A stretch of DNA of 63,122 nucleotides, the filler included, from Octopus bimaculoides (lineage: Eukaryota): NCBI RefSeq assembly GCF_001194135.2. It is 6 parts of 6 records of this genome, joined end to end, with 100 filler letters (N's around TTAATTAATTAA, not from the genome) between each part and the next. Parts side by side here need not be neighbours in the genome. Positions count along the whole stretch, not along the records: positions 11,923 to 18,746 come from NC_068992.1; positions 18,847 to 34,675 come from NC_068985.1; 4 more parts are not named here. One strand, 5' to 3'. Every line of letters starts with the position of its first letter. Position 1 is the stretch's first letter. The notes beneath the pieces were generated by a model, which saw nothing but the letters and a program-made list of their open reading frames with translations, did no database searches and was not told where the DNA came from. The position numbers were made by a program, and so were the translations under genes. Positions 12,800 through 27,892 of this stretch are shown here, piece by piece.

Positions 12800-14013
12800 C
12801 GACGGTTGGATGAAAAGGGTGTATGAAACGTGGCTGTTAGATAACTGAAACAATCTTTTCTGGTAAATACAGTCGATTCGGATTATTCTTGCTCATTTTA
12901 ATGATTCTGATATTTTAAGTATTGTGTTGCCGATTTTTGAATAAACAAGTGTCGAGATGACAAGGAAAATGTAGAAAACTGAGTATCGTGCTGGCATAAT
13001 GTACCTTTATTTCAGAGACATGACTCCATAAGAAATCCTTGAATATATGGTGAGAACCTTAACAGAGAAGGCTCCTTCATATGCAACAGTCAAACACTGG
13101 GTAAATGAATTCAAGAGTGGCAAGGAGAGTGTGGAAGATGATCCTAGACCAGGGAGACCTCCAATTGCAACTACCAAGGAAGACCATGACCTTGCTCGTG
13201 GTATGATAAGGCAAGATCGACGAATATCACGTCGTTAGATAACCGGGCATCTCAACTAAAAGAGCAGACGACATTGTGACAAAAGAATTCGGGTTCTCAA
13301 AGGTTTCCGTGAGATGGGTCACTCGCATTTTGACTCCTGAAGGGAAATGCACCAGGTGCACCTTGTCCACGAGCAATCTGGAAGGCGATGAAGAGAATTT
13401 TCTTACTCGTTTCATTACTATGGACGAATGTTGGGTTCATCACTACCAGCCGGAAATCAAAGAACAATCAAAGCAGTGGAAGCAGGCATCTTCACCTACC
13501 CCAAAGAAGGCCAAGATCATTCCTTCAGCTGGCAAGGTCATGGTGTTCGTTTTTTTTGTGAGGGCGGGGAATTCTCAAGATGTATTGCTGATGTGACCCT
13601 TAAAAAGGGTCACATCGTGGCAGGTTTGTATTATTCTCAGTTACTGAAACGCCTCCAAGAAGCAATCTATGAAAAAAGTCCGGGAATGCTGACCAAAGNN
13701 NNNNNNNNNNNNNNNNNNNNNNNNNNNNNNNNNNNNNNNNNNNNNNNNNNNNNNNNNNNNNNNNNNNNNNNNNNNNNNNNNNNNNNNNNNNNNNNNNNGC
13801 TCGCCATTCTGCAGATGCAATGCCATCACAGACGCTATAGGATGTTTCTTGGAGTTTCAAATAAAAGAGATATTCTATGCCGGATAATGTCGCTTCAGCA
13901 CCGCAGGAGAAAGTGTTCAGCCATCAAGGGGGACTATGTTGAAAAATAAATCATCAGAAGTTTTGTACCATGTTTTATTGTTTTGGGGCTCAATACTTTT
14001 CATACACCCCTCG
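12800..14013 (+). mobile_element. Mariner transposon, irritans-like, near full length, transposase disrupted
   Basis: TA at 12798-12799 and 14014-14015. Left end cgacggttggatgaaaag versus reverse complement of the right end cgaggggtgtatgaaaag (3 mismatches). Peptides HWVNEFKSG..DDPRPGRP, RWVTRILT, ITMDECWVHHYQPEIKEQSKQW and C-terminal KGDYVEK*. Stops, frameshifts and a gap of about 100 N. Confidence 0.9.
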
Positions 14014-14861
14014 TATGTCTCTTGAATTGGTTAGACCCAACTCGGTGTTGTAATCCTGTACGTCCTAAAATTTTCGGCAAATCTAGTAAGCATTTTTTAT
14101 TGACTTATGAAGCTTCTTTTTCTCTTTCTCCCTTTCAACCATTATTTTACGGTCGATATGTTTTCAACTATTCTTTATCCTTTCTGTTGTTATTACTAAT
14201 CTTCTGTCCCATTTCGCCTCGTTCATGTGTGATTACCGCTTACCCCACACCCTCTTTCTCATTGTTTTAATAGTTCTGATACTTCTTTTCTTCATTTTCG
14301 TTATTTGTTAAATTTTCATAGTGCGCTATTTCGTGTCATGCACAATTTATCTTTATTTAACAGGACGTAAACACTTCAAAGTTTATATATTCCAATAGAA
14401 TATTACATGTTTAACCCTTCCACTGAACTTCATGCATTAAAATCTTTAAAACAATATATATATATTTTGAATTAAATGAAATATACATTACTTAATTACG
14501 TAGAAGTTTCACACGAGAAACGCGTATTGAAGGCTTCCTCTATAACAGGCGGAATTTGTGTGTTCGGTGGTCATATGAATTTAAAGTGATAGCAGACCTA
14601 GAAAAGCAAATACTTTCAATGTCTTCAATTACCCTAGCAGTATATTTTATTAAATTTCATTTTAAAAATAAATCCTGTTATTCGAGCGTGTAGGTTGTAA
14701 CTTGAATTCTTACACGTCAGGAACTGCTTTCATACAATGAAGATCACAAGAACTATAAACAACTACGTACAATAAAAATACAAATGGCTTACTGAAATCA
14801 CTCAAATTCATAATTTACTGAAACAATGGACATATAGCTGTATATAATTAATACAAGACAG

Positions 14862-14920
<59 letters not shown>

Positions 14921-15517
14921 TGTTTATATACATACTTATACCTTTACCTTTTAAACTCCTATGATTCTGCTTGAAAATAAACTTATTTCGGAAAATATTC
15001 TAACAAAACAATAATCATAATATTTCAACCACTTTTGACGTTCATATATTTATTCCGATTGGAAGAAAGTGATAGACCTACAAGTTAAAAGAATTATGTA
15101 AAATGTCCTTTCTGAGATCGAAATTTTGTATCGGTAAATTACAAATTGAGACAGCTAAACTATACAACGTTTCAATATAAACACTCGAATAACAAAAAAG
15201 TATATTATAATCATACATCAACACACTAACATAAGACTTCATATGCAAAACTGTTGCAACTATTCGCATAGATTAAACTGCCAGTAGTAAAATGGAATGG
15301 GATCCTCACCGAAAAATGATATAATAATAACAGAATTATATAAACAAATGTCAGCAATAGACAACATCTCAGTAGACTTAGAAAACAGACAACAAATTCA
15401 AAGAAAAATGCAAATCAACTTATATAACACAATCTGCATCAGCAAAATACATATGTTATATGTATGTTGGAAAATAATGAGTTTAATATTAACCATAAAT
15501 GAAAAAGCAAGATATAA

Positions 15518-15728
15518 AGGCGCAGGAGCGGCTGTGTGGTAAGTTGGTTGCTTACCATCCACATGCTTCCAGGTTCAGTACCACTACGTGGCACCTTGGG
15601 CAAGTGTCTTCTACTATAGACACGAGCCGTCCAAATCCTTGAGAATGAATTTTCTAGACGGAAACTGAAAGAAGCTCGCCGTATGTATATATATATATAT
15701 ATATATATACATAGAGAGAGAGCGAGAG

Positions 15729-15765
<37 letters not shown>

Positions 15766-15950
15766 TAGATAGACAGATATATGTGTGTGCATGCGTGTGT
15801 GTTTGTGTGTCTACGTCCCCGTAACTTAGTGGTCCAGCTAAAGAGACCGATAGAATAAGTACTAGGCGTACAATGAATAAGTCCCGGGGTTGATTTTTTC
15901 GACTAAAGTCGGTGAACCAGCATGGCCGCAGTCAAATTGTTGAGACCAAT
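15518..15950 (+). mobile_element. SINE family C, near full length, with internal (TA)n(GA)n(TG)n tract
   Basis: tRNA-like head aggcgcaggagcggctgtgtggtaag..ggttcagtacc; both halves match 55997-56444. Confidence 0.85.
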
Positions 15951-17629
15951 AAATGATCAAAAAATAGAATATAGCACGAACACTGCCATTAAGAAATTGC
16001 TACTGTTCAACAACAAACCATAAGTGAGGCACAGAACATGGCTAACCGATGTTTTATATGAATACTCAGTTAATCATGAATGATACACCTAGTAAGAGAT
16101 TTTTTACAAGATTCTAATTCACATGCGCTCATGAGATAAAGCAACTCATTACACTACACAGCCTTAAACAAAATATGATTGAAGCATTTTAACTGTTTAA
16201 AAAAACCTTGAATAGAAAATGCTTCTTTAGATTGTTGGAATCAGCAGTGAATCGGATAAAATGTATTGCGACAATCACTCTGGATCTCTGCGCACCGAAT
16301 TTAAATCGTGCTTAGTTCGTAAAATCGTTTCATTCTTAAAGGTAAAATATAAAATATCACAAGTTTTCATTGAATCACTATCTTTTTTTCTGTCTGTCTG
16401 TCTCTCTCGGTTTCTCTCTCTCTCTCTGTCTCTCTCTTTCTCGCTTACACACACACTTTCTCTTTCTCTGTTTCTGTTTCTGATTCTATAAAGCTAATTC
16501 GTACTGTATAATAGTGTCAGGGTCACGTGTATATTTTAAATGACTTGCCCACTATGTTTCATTTAAGGAATAAAGATTCTTCATGTCAGAATGCTAAATA
16601 ATCATTACCCAGACCTCGAAAGAAGCATTGCAATTTAGTAGAATTATAAAACAAGTAATTGAAAGTATATTAATCGCAAAATGCAAAGCAGAGATTCTCA
16701 CAGAAATGCAGTACAAGCAGTTCAAGTGTTAATGACAAAACTCCAGTAGAGCCACTATGATAATCGATAACATAGCATTTGAATGTTTGTTACTCACAAA
16801 AATACGACAACAATCGCCACTATATAAACTTTTCTCTCAGCATAAATGATCTAGAAGCTCAACAACATCGCAGCTGCAGGCAATTGTAATCTTCACATAA
16901 AAGAATAAATGATTACAAGAAAACATTTTTATGCAACTTTATCACAAACGTGTTTTCAATATATCATTCGTACAAAAAGCACGATGCATACAAACGCTTA
17001 CAGACCAACACATAAATTCACAGACTGTAAACGCACATGTACTCAAGTACACACACACGTATACACGCACATCTGTTATAGTCTCAAACACAGAAATATG
17101 CGCGCGTGCGTGTGTGTATGCCTATATAACTCTAGAGGTATTAGGAATAAATATACATTTTTTAATCACGTGAAATCTATAGGCTTACGGCCGTTCCGCT
17201 ACCAATTTGAATTTGCATCTATTTCAGTGTACTAGAAATTACATGTCTGTTACATGTTTGAATTTACCGTAGTGATTAGCATTATGAATGACAATTGTAT
17301 ATTCAAAATTTAAGTATGAAAGAAAGATAACTCAATAGATCACCAAAGCACCATTGTTAAACTCTAATTATAAAAAGAAAATAATTCATAATGCCCGCAT
17401 CGTCCTCGGAATCCGTATCTTATACCACTAATGTATACACACACACACTTAAGCACGCACGCGCACACTCACACAAACACACACACACGCATACATACAC
17501 ACACACACACACACACACACATTGGGAGACCCCCCCCCATATACATATATATGCGGTATAACTTGTTGAAACAAGTAGAGTAGCATTATCAAATTTGATT
17601 GAATAATATCTGCTGAACAGATCTAAGCT

Positions 17630-18300
17630 TATGCTAAAAGACGGTGTTGGGTAAAGTTCGCAAAGAGTCATCAGTGAAACATCATTGACGTATTAACATT
17701 TTCGCAGAAGACTCTAAGTTTACTGGAGGTCGTCGACAGGACAGGAGATCAGTTTAATCACATTTCGGTTTTACATGATGTTACTCGATTGAGAGAAAAC
17801 GAAAGTATGCAACTAAACGTAAGTTTGAATTAATCAGCTTTGGTAAAAGGTTACATTTAAGCTATCATACATTCTTCCCTCAAGCGATAACTTCGTAGCA
17901 TCAACCCCCACTAGGGTCCTTGGAATAACTGTCGTCAAAACTGAACCTGAGTTGCAAATATCAACAACAAAGGCAACATGAACCGAAAGAAGTGTACATG
18001 GATCCTCAGGACATTTTGGTTTAGAGGTGTACCTGATATTATCCTTCTATCCTGTACCTTCACTCGTTCTCATCTTGAATACTGTTATCTGCTGTGTTTA
18101 CCTACACAAAGCAAAATATTATAAAGACTGAAGAGGATCACAAGGGAAATGAAAGAAATGATAAGTTCTGATTATTGGAATCGTCTTGAGTAACTAAAAA
18201 AAAATGTATTTACGCCAACAATGCCGTGAGCAGTTCTATGATGTGGAATATATTCTAACAGCACTGCACAAATGGTGTTGTCATCCACTTTAATATCACG
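17630..18300 (+). mobile_element. Decayed CR1/L2-group LINE, RT C-terminal part
   Basis: Frame-broken peptides TVLG, INIFAEDSK (FADD-like), KFELISFGK, RVLGI, KCTWILRTF, SHLEYC and DYWNRLE occur in the expected order. Confidence 0.6.
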
Positions 18301-18712
18301 TCAAGTGTTGGTTCCCGTGCCAATCCGTCCACTATAAAGAATATTCTCGCGTCATATCACAACTATAAAACATAACTATTTCGCCCCAACTGGTCCTGAT
18401 CGCTTTAACAGGGTGCCAAAAAACATTCGGTTAGAAACATATCAAATAATATTCAGATAGCTCCTGATTGAATATCTCCAACTAATTCTAGATAAACCAC
18501 ATGTGTCCGGATAAATCTTTGCAAACAGTAACTTGAATGGGAACGGTACATTCAGAATGGTTTTAATATGAAACATCCTTACATGTTTCAAATTTGTGCC
18601 ATAAAATTACACACGACCTGCTGTAATTATTGCCGAAGTTTTTCTATCGATCTATCTATCTAGCTATCTATCTATCTATCTGTCTATCTATCTTTCTATC
18701 TATCTATCTACA

Positions 18713-18746
<34 letters not shown>

Positions 18747-20401
18747 NNNNNNNNNNNNNNNNNNNNNNNNNNNNNNNNNNNNNNNNNNNNTTAATTAATT
18801 AANNNNNNNNNNNNNNNNNNNNNNNNNNNNNNNNNNNNNNNNNNNNTATATATATATATATATATGTCTTTATGTATACATATATGTATATATATATATA
18901 TATATATGAATGTATTTATATATGTAGATAGATATATACAGTGACATACTTGTGTGGTTGCATAGATATACATACATGCATACATACATACATACATACA
19001 TACATACATACATACATACATACATACATACATACATGCGTACGGACATATCTGTTATTAGCTTATTGTTTCCACTAGATACCAAACCAAAATTTTTATG
19101 AGGTGTATAATCAATTGAAACAATTTGTTCTATTACCGAGACTTAAGTCACTGCCTCCGGAAACAGGCGAGACATTTGATACCTGCGTGTTTGCCTGTAG
19201 TATTTTGCGGAGCAAGAATAATTATAATGAATAATTATTGAATAATAACGTCAATTACATTTCCGACCACGGCAGCCATGTATTGGTGGAGATTGAATGT
19301 TTACCAAGAATTACCGAAACCATTTGCCCCAGATGTCTAACTTGATAGCATCTGAGAGTCGGTGTTTTATATTCTAACACTAGCGCTAAAATTTCAATCC
19401 AGCGACAATCCTAAGAGGCTTTTCAAAGTTCTTTGGTTTAAAATATTTCACCAGGTTTATTCATGTGTTTTTCATATTCATATATTTCGACATTGAACAC
19501 TCAAAGGAGGAGTGAGCTAAATGAAACGAGAAGTACTGATACTCTGAAACAATCAATTGTCCATTTACTCATTTAAATATTCTTCTCGTTATAAAATTAT
19601 AAGATTTAACTTAAACATCTGACAATAACTTGTTCGTCTACAAAACATTTTCTATTTTTTATACTTGTATATGTGATTTGTATATTTGCTATGTGTTTTT
19701 TGAGCTTAAAAAATTACTACTGCAAACGATGCCCTTACATTAAACAATATTAAATACCATACACAACAAAGAAGAGCAATTCTAACCCACTGTACACAAA
19801 GATTCAGGTAATGCTTTGTTATATTTCTTTGGTTGGTTTGATTCCATCACCAATCAACATATTGGGTGTCAATTACACAAAAATCTAATACATTTTGGAA
19901 ACACCATAAATGTTGAGCCATATTTTCTTTATAAAGAACGAGAACGGAAAGTATAACTCAGTGATCACATTGACAGCACCAAAGAAAACAAAAAGAGTAG
20001 CTATATCAGCCAAATGGAGTACAATGGTTGAATATCAAAGACAAGACTTTTTTTTCCTTTTTCTGAAGCGCATTCATGTTGTTCATGTAAGTGAGTTTAA
20101 AATATTGAAGCAACGCTAAACTAGGTCTTTACAAGTGTGCAGTAGAAATGGTATAAGATGTGTGATGTATAAGAGAACCCTTTTCCGATCAATATTTCAA
20201 TACAATGGTTTATTGATTACATGATCAATGCAATAGCTGCTTCATTCATTCGAATAACTTAATAGTCACGCTATATGTGACCGGTTTATGCATACACATA
20301 CCCACAAACACACACATATACACATGATGAAACATTGGCGCACATACGTATGTAGGTACATATATATATTTATATATATGAAGATATGTACACACACACA
20401 T

Positions 20402-20474
<73 letters not shown>

Positions 20475-23400
20475 CATATATGTGTGTGTGTTTATATACA
20501 TATATGAAGTATATATATATATATGAAGTATGTATGTGTGGGTATGTGTGAACATACATACAGGGAGAGAGAGGGTGTAAGAGAAGCTAATAAAGAGAGA
20601 GACAGGCCAGTAAGGGAAAACTGTATTGTGCATGTATATATCTTTGTATTTGTAAAATTATGTTACAGCTATGTTTGTGAAATTATGTTGGCATATTTTA
20701 AACATTATGAATAGCATTTGTATGTGTGTGTTTTGTATATATGTGTACGTGCGTTTTGTGAAATTCATGTTTGAGTATATATGATTTGTGTGTCTATCTT
20801 TATACACGTATATGTCTGTTTTGGTTTTTGTCTGTGTTTATGATCTATTTGTGTGAAATTCTATATACCTGTGCACCCAACGTGACTCTGGCCTTTAGGG
20901 AGCATTAATCAAATATATGATCTCCAGATCTCTAGTACGAGAAATTAACAACAAAGAAAGATTGAACGAACAGAAGAATCTTGATCTCTGAGAAATTGGG
21001 ATGCCATTTCGGAAAGGACAGAATTTAGTCTACTCTGATGAAATTATTCTGGTGTAGGTTATACAAAGAGATAAATACATCATGTAATCTTGAAAGGAGT
21101 GAGATTTTGTCAGATGTTTTGCGTATGTTGAGTGCAAAGAAAACCGGCAATCTCAGTACGCTTACTTCCTACAATTCAGCCGTTTTTAAATGGCGTCACG
21201 TATTCGTTCTCTACCGTTTGAGATTGATCACGCTTCTTATTTCAGTGGTTAAATGTGCAACATCTATTATATCATACATCAATTTGAACGCATGACCTCA
21301 CAAATCTATTTCGTTTATATCTAAAAAATGTCGACTGTATTTAGTAGTTAAATATAATGATATTTGTCTGTTTTATTTTCTAAATAGTAGTTATATAATT
21401 GAATGAGGGAGAAGAGCTATGTGAAATACTCATACTAAATGATATGTCGACTAAACGTTTCCTAAAAGATATATATGACAAAAATTGTCAACTGCTCTGA
21501 ATGGATATTAACGACACTGAGGGTGGGTGTTCAAATTCCACAACCTGCATTTCCTTGCGTCTCAGATCTTTAGTATTTAAACTAGTCGTATCCGGTCCAG
21601 ATATTCTATTTTATATTCAAATCAGCCACATCAGGCCCATCACACCTTCTCTAGAAGGCCATTCCTAAAATAAACATTCACATCATAAAAATCTTGAAGT
21701 TATGAGATAATGCATGATTAATTCAAAAATATGTGAATAAACACGAGTTACATTTGACGAAATAATTTGAATGCGAACACTGCTGTTTTTGTTCATGGAT
21801 TCACAGGCTCTTGAATGGGAATTCTCATCACACGTCAGTTGTAGAAAAGACTTTAAAATAAATGATACAATTAGATTTTGTGAATTCATTTCAGTTTCAT
21901 AGTTTCATTTTTTTTTTTTTAATTGAACTCGATACCTGCGTTTTCAATAACCTTTCTCAAATAATCATTTACATGTTCTGTTGAAAATGACGATTCGACG
22001 ACAACTATGACGATGATGAGTAGGAGGACGAGGATGCTGATGTTAACAATTATGACGATGGTGCTTGATGTAAACGAGATTTGAGAGTTGTTTCTAGGAT
22101 ATGTAGCAACGAAGCAGTACCTTCTGTTTTCATTATTTCGTTGTTTCATTTGTGTTTCTGTGTGTGTCGATGCTGAGGATATTAATGTTGGTATTGACAA
22201 TTATAATGATGTCGATAAATTTTATTGCAGGGGTGAGAGTAATAATATTGATGTTGATGATTATGTGGATAAAGTGAATTGTAATAATGACAAACGGTAA
22301 ATACGGTATGAGGAATGACAAATATATTAGTATCATTTATGATTGGTATTTATAATGATGATATTGATAACATAGATAATGGTAACGATCATTCGCTATC
22401 GCTAATATTAGTGATGATGTTTGTGATGTTCTTGATGACATAGGTGAAGATGACGATGATTCCTTCTTGTTCGATGTTATGACTTCACTCATGCAATTGC
22501 TGTCATATTAAATTATGTTTATCTAGCTTCTAAAATCGTGATTAAACTAGAAAAATATCAAGCAAACTAATGATTTCTGGAAGTAAAATGTGAAAATTGT
22601 AGCAAAAAGAAATACGGAAAGCAAAACTTCTTCGAAGATAATTCAAAAGTTTAAACCGAAATGTAATTTTCACGATTTCAAAAACATTAAGCTGAAAATA
22701 GAGATAATATTTTGTACAAATATTTTCTGGTTTATTTCTGTATTTATTTCTGGATTCTGTATAGTTTAATATATTCAATCAGTGAATCTAGCGATTCTTC
22801 TATTTTAGTCCTATTCCCAGTTATCAGAGAATATGATCTAAGATAACTTACATTAACATTTCACACATTTAGATCAGTAAAAAAAAATTCCAATTTGAAG
22901 TTTGTTCATTATTAAGGCTGGATAATTTAGTGCATCGCATTTGTTCTCCTGTCAGAATTAAATATTTTTAAAAAATGCAGCTATTTCTAATGTTTAGCCC
23001 CAGGTTAATCATCACTGAATATATTTTCTTTCATCAACAGATTTCACGACGTAACCATCATCTTATCATTTCTTAAGACTATATTTGTGAACACAATAAG
23101 TAATATTAGGAAGAAACGTGCTCATAAACTCTAAGCTTGCGTGTGTCTTACTGCGAGCCATTGTCCAAATTGACTGGCATTTTGACTCCTATAAAAAGAC
23201 CTGACTACTATCATCATTAATAGAAAAAAAGCAAAATGTAGATTGTCAACTGAATTATTTTGCTTGCCACTGGCTTTATTGGAAAGCTGAGATGTTGCCT
23301 TAAGAGTGCAGTATTAGGAATATTAGTACAAACGTTGCTATCATTTTCACTATTCAACTAATATCGCCACCTAACCCATGAAGGACGGCATCTTCTATAT

Positions 23401-25577
23401 CACAGTAACCATCATTTTTCATTACTTTTCATCATAGGGGAGGTAGAGGCAAAAGGAAATGTTATTGAATGAAAAGGGCCTCAAGACTTGACAAATTTAA
23501 ATTAAATTTGTTTCTCGTTGTAATGACAGAATTACCTTATTATTGGAATTTCATCAGCATTATTCCCTGCCATTAGTTCATGTTTCCGTATTTATTCCCC
23601 TTCAACCTCACCTAAGTTATTAAAGCAACAACTCGGAAATAAAATTTTAAACACGTTCTGCCCTTTGGGAAGATTTACAATGATTGAATAGCAGGTCTCT
23701 TTTTACACTATTTTACACCTATTTTTAAATCGCGTTCAACCAAGCGCTCAATAGCTATTCATTTCTAGGCTGAAATTCATTTTATCTGTATAACATTGCT
23801 TCCAAAACAACATATGAAATAAAACATGTAGAAACGTGCATTACTAAATAAATTAAACGTAATAGTATGGAGCCAAGGTTAGAAATTCTATCATTTTTAT
23901 TTCTTTCATGAATTCTCTACCCTTGAGACATTTCAATATTCTATACATTTTAAGATTAAGCAGAGTTGTTAAACGTTGTTTATTGCAATTCAGGAATATG
24001 TTAACTCAGTTTGATTCTTTTTTTCCCCATTTTGCAGACTATAATTGCTATTCTTATTTTTGTTTTGCATAAAAATTTCATTAACAGTTCATGAAGACAA
24101 TGTACGTCAAAGTTGACGTTGTATGTTTAAGAGTACTGTTAATATTCATACGTGTGTTCCGTTGATACATTCTAGAAAATAACTATTCTTTCAAGTTCAG
24201 AAAGGTTTTATAACCTTTTTGCTTTTTTCTACACCATTGACAAGATATAATCTCGTGATCAAGATGATCACAATTATAATACACTTATAATCAAACCTAA
24301 CATTATTATCTCTTTCCAAGCATATTATTTTCAAAATAAATATTGACTTAAGAAATTGTTATGAGGTATGCATGTTATTAATGCAAAAAAAACAATGATT
24401 TCAATCAGTATTTTCTCTAGAACATGCAAGATATAACTCCATGTCGTAATGTTACCGAAAAATTGTGATATACAAATAGAGAAGAATTTATCATCACCAC
24501 TGAGAAGAAACTTTGACTGAGTTGCGTTTTCAATCCGATTTCTCATTTTAGTTTTTGAATTGAATAATACAACTTATTTCATTTCAATCACCTTTCAGAA
24601 CATTATGAGTGCCACACTGCTTAATTTTATTTCGTACGTCTATTAATTTAGCATTCAGTAATTTTGTTTTTTTAGCAGAGGTTTCTAAGAGAGTGAATAA
24701 TATAAGCAGCTTTGCAGGCTAACGGCTGAAACGTCAATTGATCATGAAGCGTCACCGATTCTATTGTACAAACTAGCCCATGACGCAAACTGATTTTTCA
24801 ACAAAACCACGAAATTGTAAACGAATACAGTTTGCGGATACTAATCATCGCTGAATACGTTATGCACCTTATATTTTAAATATTCCTTTTGATGGTAGGT
24901 AGAAGAGATTGCGCTTTCCCTATGTCGCGTTCGCTAGAGATACCGAAATATTTAGAATTATATTAAATACAGTCATTTTAACACGCCCTTAACTGTATAA
25001 TTCAACGGAAACTAACTGAAACAACCGTATGCAGGGAGAAATATTTAATGGTGTCCCTTTACATAAGTTTATATGTATGGTGTTCTCTTTTATGAGAATA
25101 TCATTCGCCTTTCATACCAGGCAACTCGATTATTACATGACATATTCTCACTAACTTTTCAAAGCATTAGACATTGCGTTATATAAATTGTTAGTATTAA
25201 TTGTTTATCCAAATGCATATAAATTTACTTTCCCCTCTTAAAGTAGATCTCATGACATCCAACTCATTTATAAGCGATAGTAAATATCACGGATTTAGGT
25301 TGACGTGTAAATATTATGTGAAAGCATTTATACGGTATATTGCTTTACATTTTCCAATATCATGGACGTGTTACGGATTCACAGCATATTTTTAACGTCG
25401 TAGTCTGGGAAGAAATATTTCGTAATTTGCGAAGACAATTTATGTCATATGAGAAAACGTTTCCATGAACATGCATGCCCTTTCCTTCTCAAGAATACTA
25501 TGTACAAATAGATAGGTAGATATAGATAAATAAATATATATGTACACACACACGCATATATATATGTGTGTGTGTGT

Positions 25578-25786
25578 GGAGGCGCGTGGCTTAGTGGTTA
25601 CGGTGTCGGCACCATGATCGTAAAATTGTAGTTTCGATTCCTGGACCGGGCGACGCGTTGTGTTGTTGAGCAAACACTTCATTTCACGTTGCTTCAGTCC
25701 ACTCAGCTGGCAAAAATGAGTAACGCTGCGATAGACTGGCGTCCCGTCCAGCTGGGGAACACATACGCCATTGAAACCGCGAAACC
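25578..25786 (+). mobile_element. SINE with family A head and an alternative 3' segment, cut by a gap
   Basis: Head ggcgcgtggcttagtggtt..gtttcgattcc; same 3' segment as 57276-57410. Confidence 0.8.
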
Positions 25787-25796
25787 NNNNNNNNNN

Positions 25797-25839
<43 letters not shown>

Positions 25840-26414
25840 TGTTGTATTTGGGAATGGTCATGTTGCCAGTGTAGCCAAGGAAAACACACGCATTATATAT
25901 TTGGTGTTCACTTGCTTCGGCTTTATTTTATATTAATTACATTTCGGCTAGAGTTCTTTCGTCACTCTTCTGTGACATCAGTGGTCTTTTGCTTTCTTCT
26001 TTCGCTTTATTTTTCTCTTCTTACTAACGATCTGCCATTTTGTGTATAATGGCAGATTGTTAGTAAAGAGACACACAAAAAAGAAAGAAAAAAGCAAAGG
26101 ACCACAGATGAGGTCACAGAAGTGTGACGAAATAACTATAGCGGAAATATAATTGACATAAAATGAAGCTGAAGCAAGTAAACTCCAACTGTATAGTGCG
26201 TGTGTTTTCATTGGCTAAACTGGGAACATGACCATCCCCAAATACAACAATATCTGTTTCAACACATGAATTCACATCCAGAATCTTGCAAAACGAATAT
26301 ACAAACATGTTTGTGTGTGTGTGTGTGTGTTTCTGTGTGTGTATAGACATGCTCTGATCCCNNNNNNNNNNTGTGTGTGTGTGTGTTTCTGTGTGTGTAT
26401 AGACATGCTCTGAT

Positions 26415-26745
26415 CCCTTCGTTCATGACTTATCATGGGATTGCACCTAGCAAGTTACCCTCCGAGGCACAAGTCCGGACAAGGTTGTTTATGGAAGACC
26501 AGCAGTCTCCCATTCATACCAGCCTCCCCTCTCCACACCACTGATGTTATCCAAGGGAAAAGCAATGGCCGATACAGCTTGGCACCTGTGACGTCGCAAC
26601 TCATTTCTACAGCCGAGTGAACTGGAGCAACTTGAAATAAAGTGTCTTGCTCAAAAACACAACACGCAGCCTGGTCCGGGATTCAAACTCACAACCTTAC
26701 GATCGTAAGCTCGACGCACTAACCAAGGAGCTATGCGCCTTCACA
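26415..26745 (-). mobile_element. SINE with family A head and a third type of 3' segment
   Basis: Minus-strand head gtgaaggcgcatagct..gtgagtttgaatcc plus the shared gagcaagacactttatttca..ctccag core. Confidence 0.75.
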
Positions 26746-26776
26746 TATATACATACACACGGATATATATACATAC

Positions 26777-26844
<68 letters not shown>

Positions 26845-27250
26845 TACAGTTGTATTCTTTTGGCAAATGACTTGAACTGAGATGCTGAATCAATTACCTT
26901 GTGAAGTGTTATGACAGCCGTATATAATGTGTATGTTGGTGAAGACCATCGGAAAATAGACCAATTAAAATATAATATAGATAGGAACACAAGAGAGCAG
27001 TTTATTGGTTTGGAAAAACCATTTTTATCATAATGGACATTTTTAGACATTTTTATCTATCAAAATTGACGTCTTATTTATTAATAATAAAACTAATAAA
27101 TTCTACTTGTTGAATGTACTCCTTCGTACTTTGCACTCTATAAAACTCTGAAAACTCTTTCGTAATATAATTGAATTGACGAATAATCTTCAAAAATATT
27201 TCCTGGCGAACTGATTGCATTTTTCGTTCATCAATGTCTCTTTCTTTTAC

Positions 27251-27431
27251 CTACTATTACGGCAGATATCTGAATAAATTCTTTTGGAATATTAAATATT
27301 ATAGAGTACAGTTCAAATGGCGTGATATGAAACTTTCGACATATCAACGAAATTCCGACTACTTGTCCAGTAGATTTACTTCTAATGCTTTGTCTGGCCA
27401 ATAACTCATATTTACCTCCATATCTCATCCA
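27251..27431 (-). CDS. Candidate exon of an unidentified gene (WMRYGGKYELLARQSIRSKSTGQVVGISLICRKFHITPFELYSIIFNIPKEFIQISAVIV)
   Basis: Minus-strand acceptor atcttccttgtcag|, donor g|gtaaaa; 181 nt open, phase 0 to 1. No homologue recognised. Confidence 0.35.
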
Positions 27432-27892
27432 CTGACAAGGAAGATATTAATTCATTGCTCTGGCTGTCTTATTCAAGTTATCTTAATTTCAGGAATTGCT
27501 GATCTAAATGTATCAAAACAGAAAGTATATTCACTAAAGCAGAAAAATAATACGCGAAAGAAATATATATCTGTGACAAAGGATAAGATATATGGAAAAG
27601 GTTTGGAAGTTAATGAGCACTAAATTATTACTTACAACATAGCCGAATACTTTAGGAGATAACCTGTATTTTTTTTTTTTTTGTGTGTATAACATAACTT
27701 TCTTTAAAATATTTAGTTTTCAAGAACCAATAAAATTGCATAGCTGCAAACTTTTTTTTTCTTTGGTGCAAATAGAACAAGCAGAAAGCTAAATATAAGC
27801 AATAAGAGTAATAGTAATTCTTTTTGAACTCCCTATGCCTCATCTTGTTTGTAACACAAAAAAGCTTCGAGCACAACCAACCCGTCTCTTAC

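Noticed and set aside
15310-15376. Minus-strand 67-nt AG..GT segment (STEMLSIADICLYNSVIIISFF)
   Set aside because: Good splice sites but short and isolated, with no phase-linked neighbour; expected by chance.
26310-26420. Direct repeat (tg)n-tttctgtgtgtgtatagacatgctctgatccc on both sides of a 10-N gap
   Set aside because: Typical unmerged contig overlap, so an assembly artefact.
26844-27058. 68-aa minus-strand ORF as a continuation of the 27-28 kb candidate gene
   Set aside because: Its only acceptor is phase 0 while the best upstream donor is phase 1; it fits only with a weaker alternative donor.
27493-27600. Plus-strand AG..GT segment open as IADLNVSKQKVYSLKQKNNTRKKYISVTKDKIYGK, a possible upstream CCDC146 exon
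   Set aside because: Weak donor (gtttgg), no resemblance to the recalled CCDC146 N-terminus, and A-rich composition explains the open frame.
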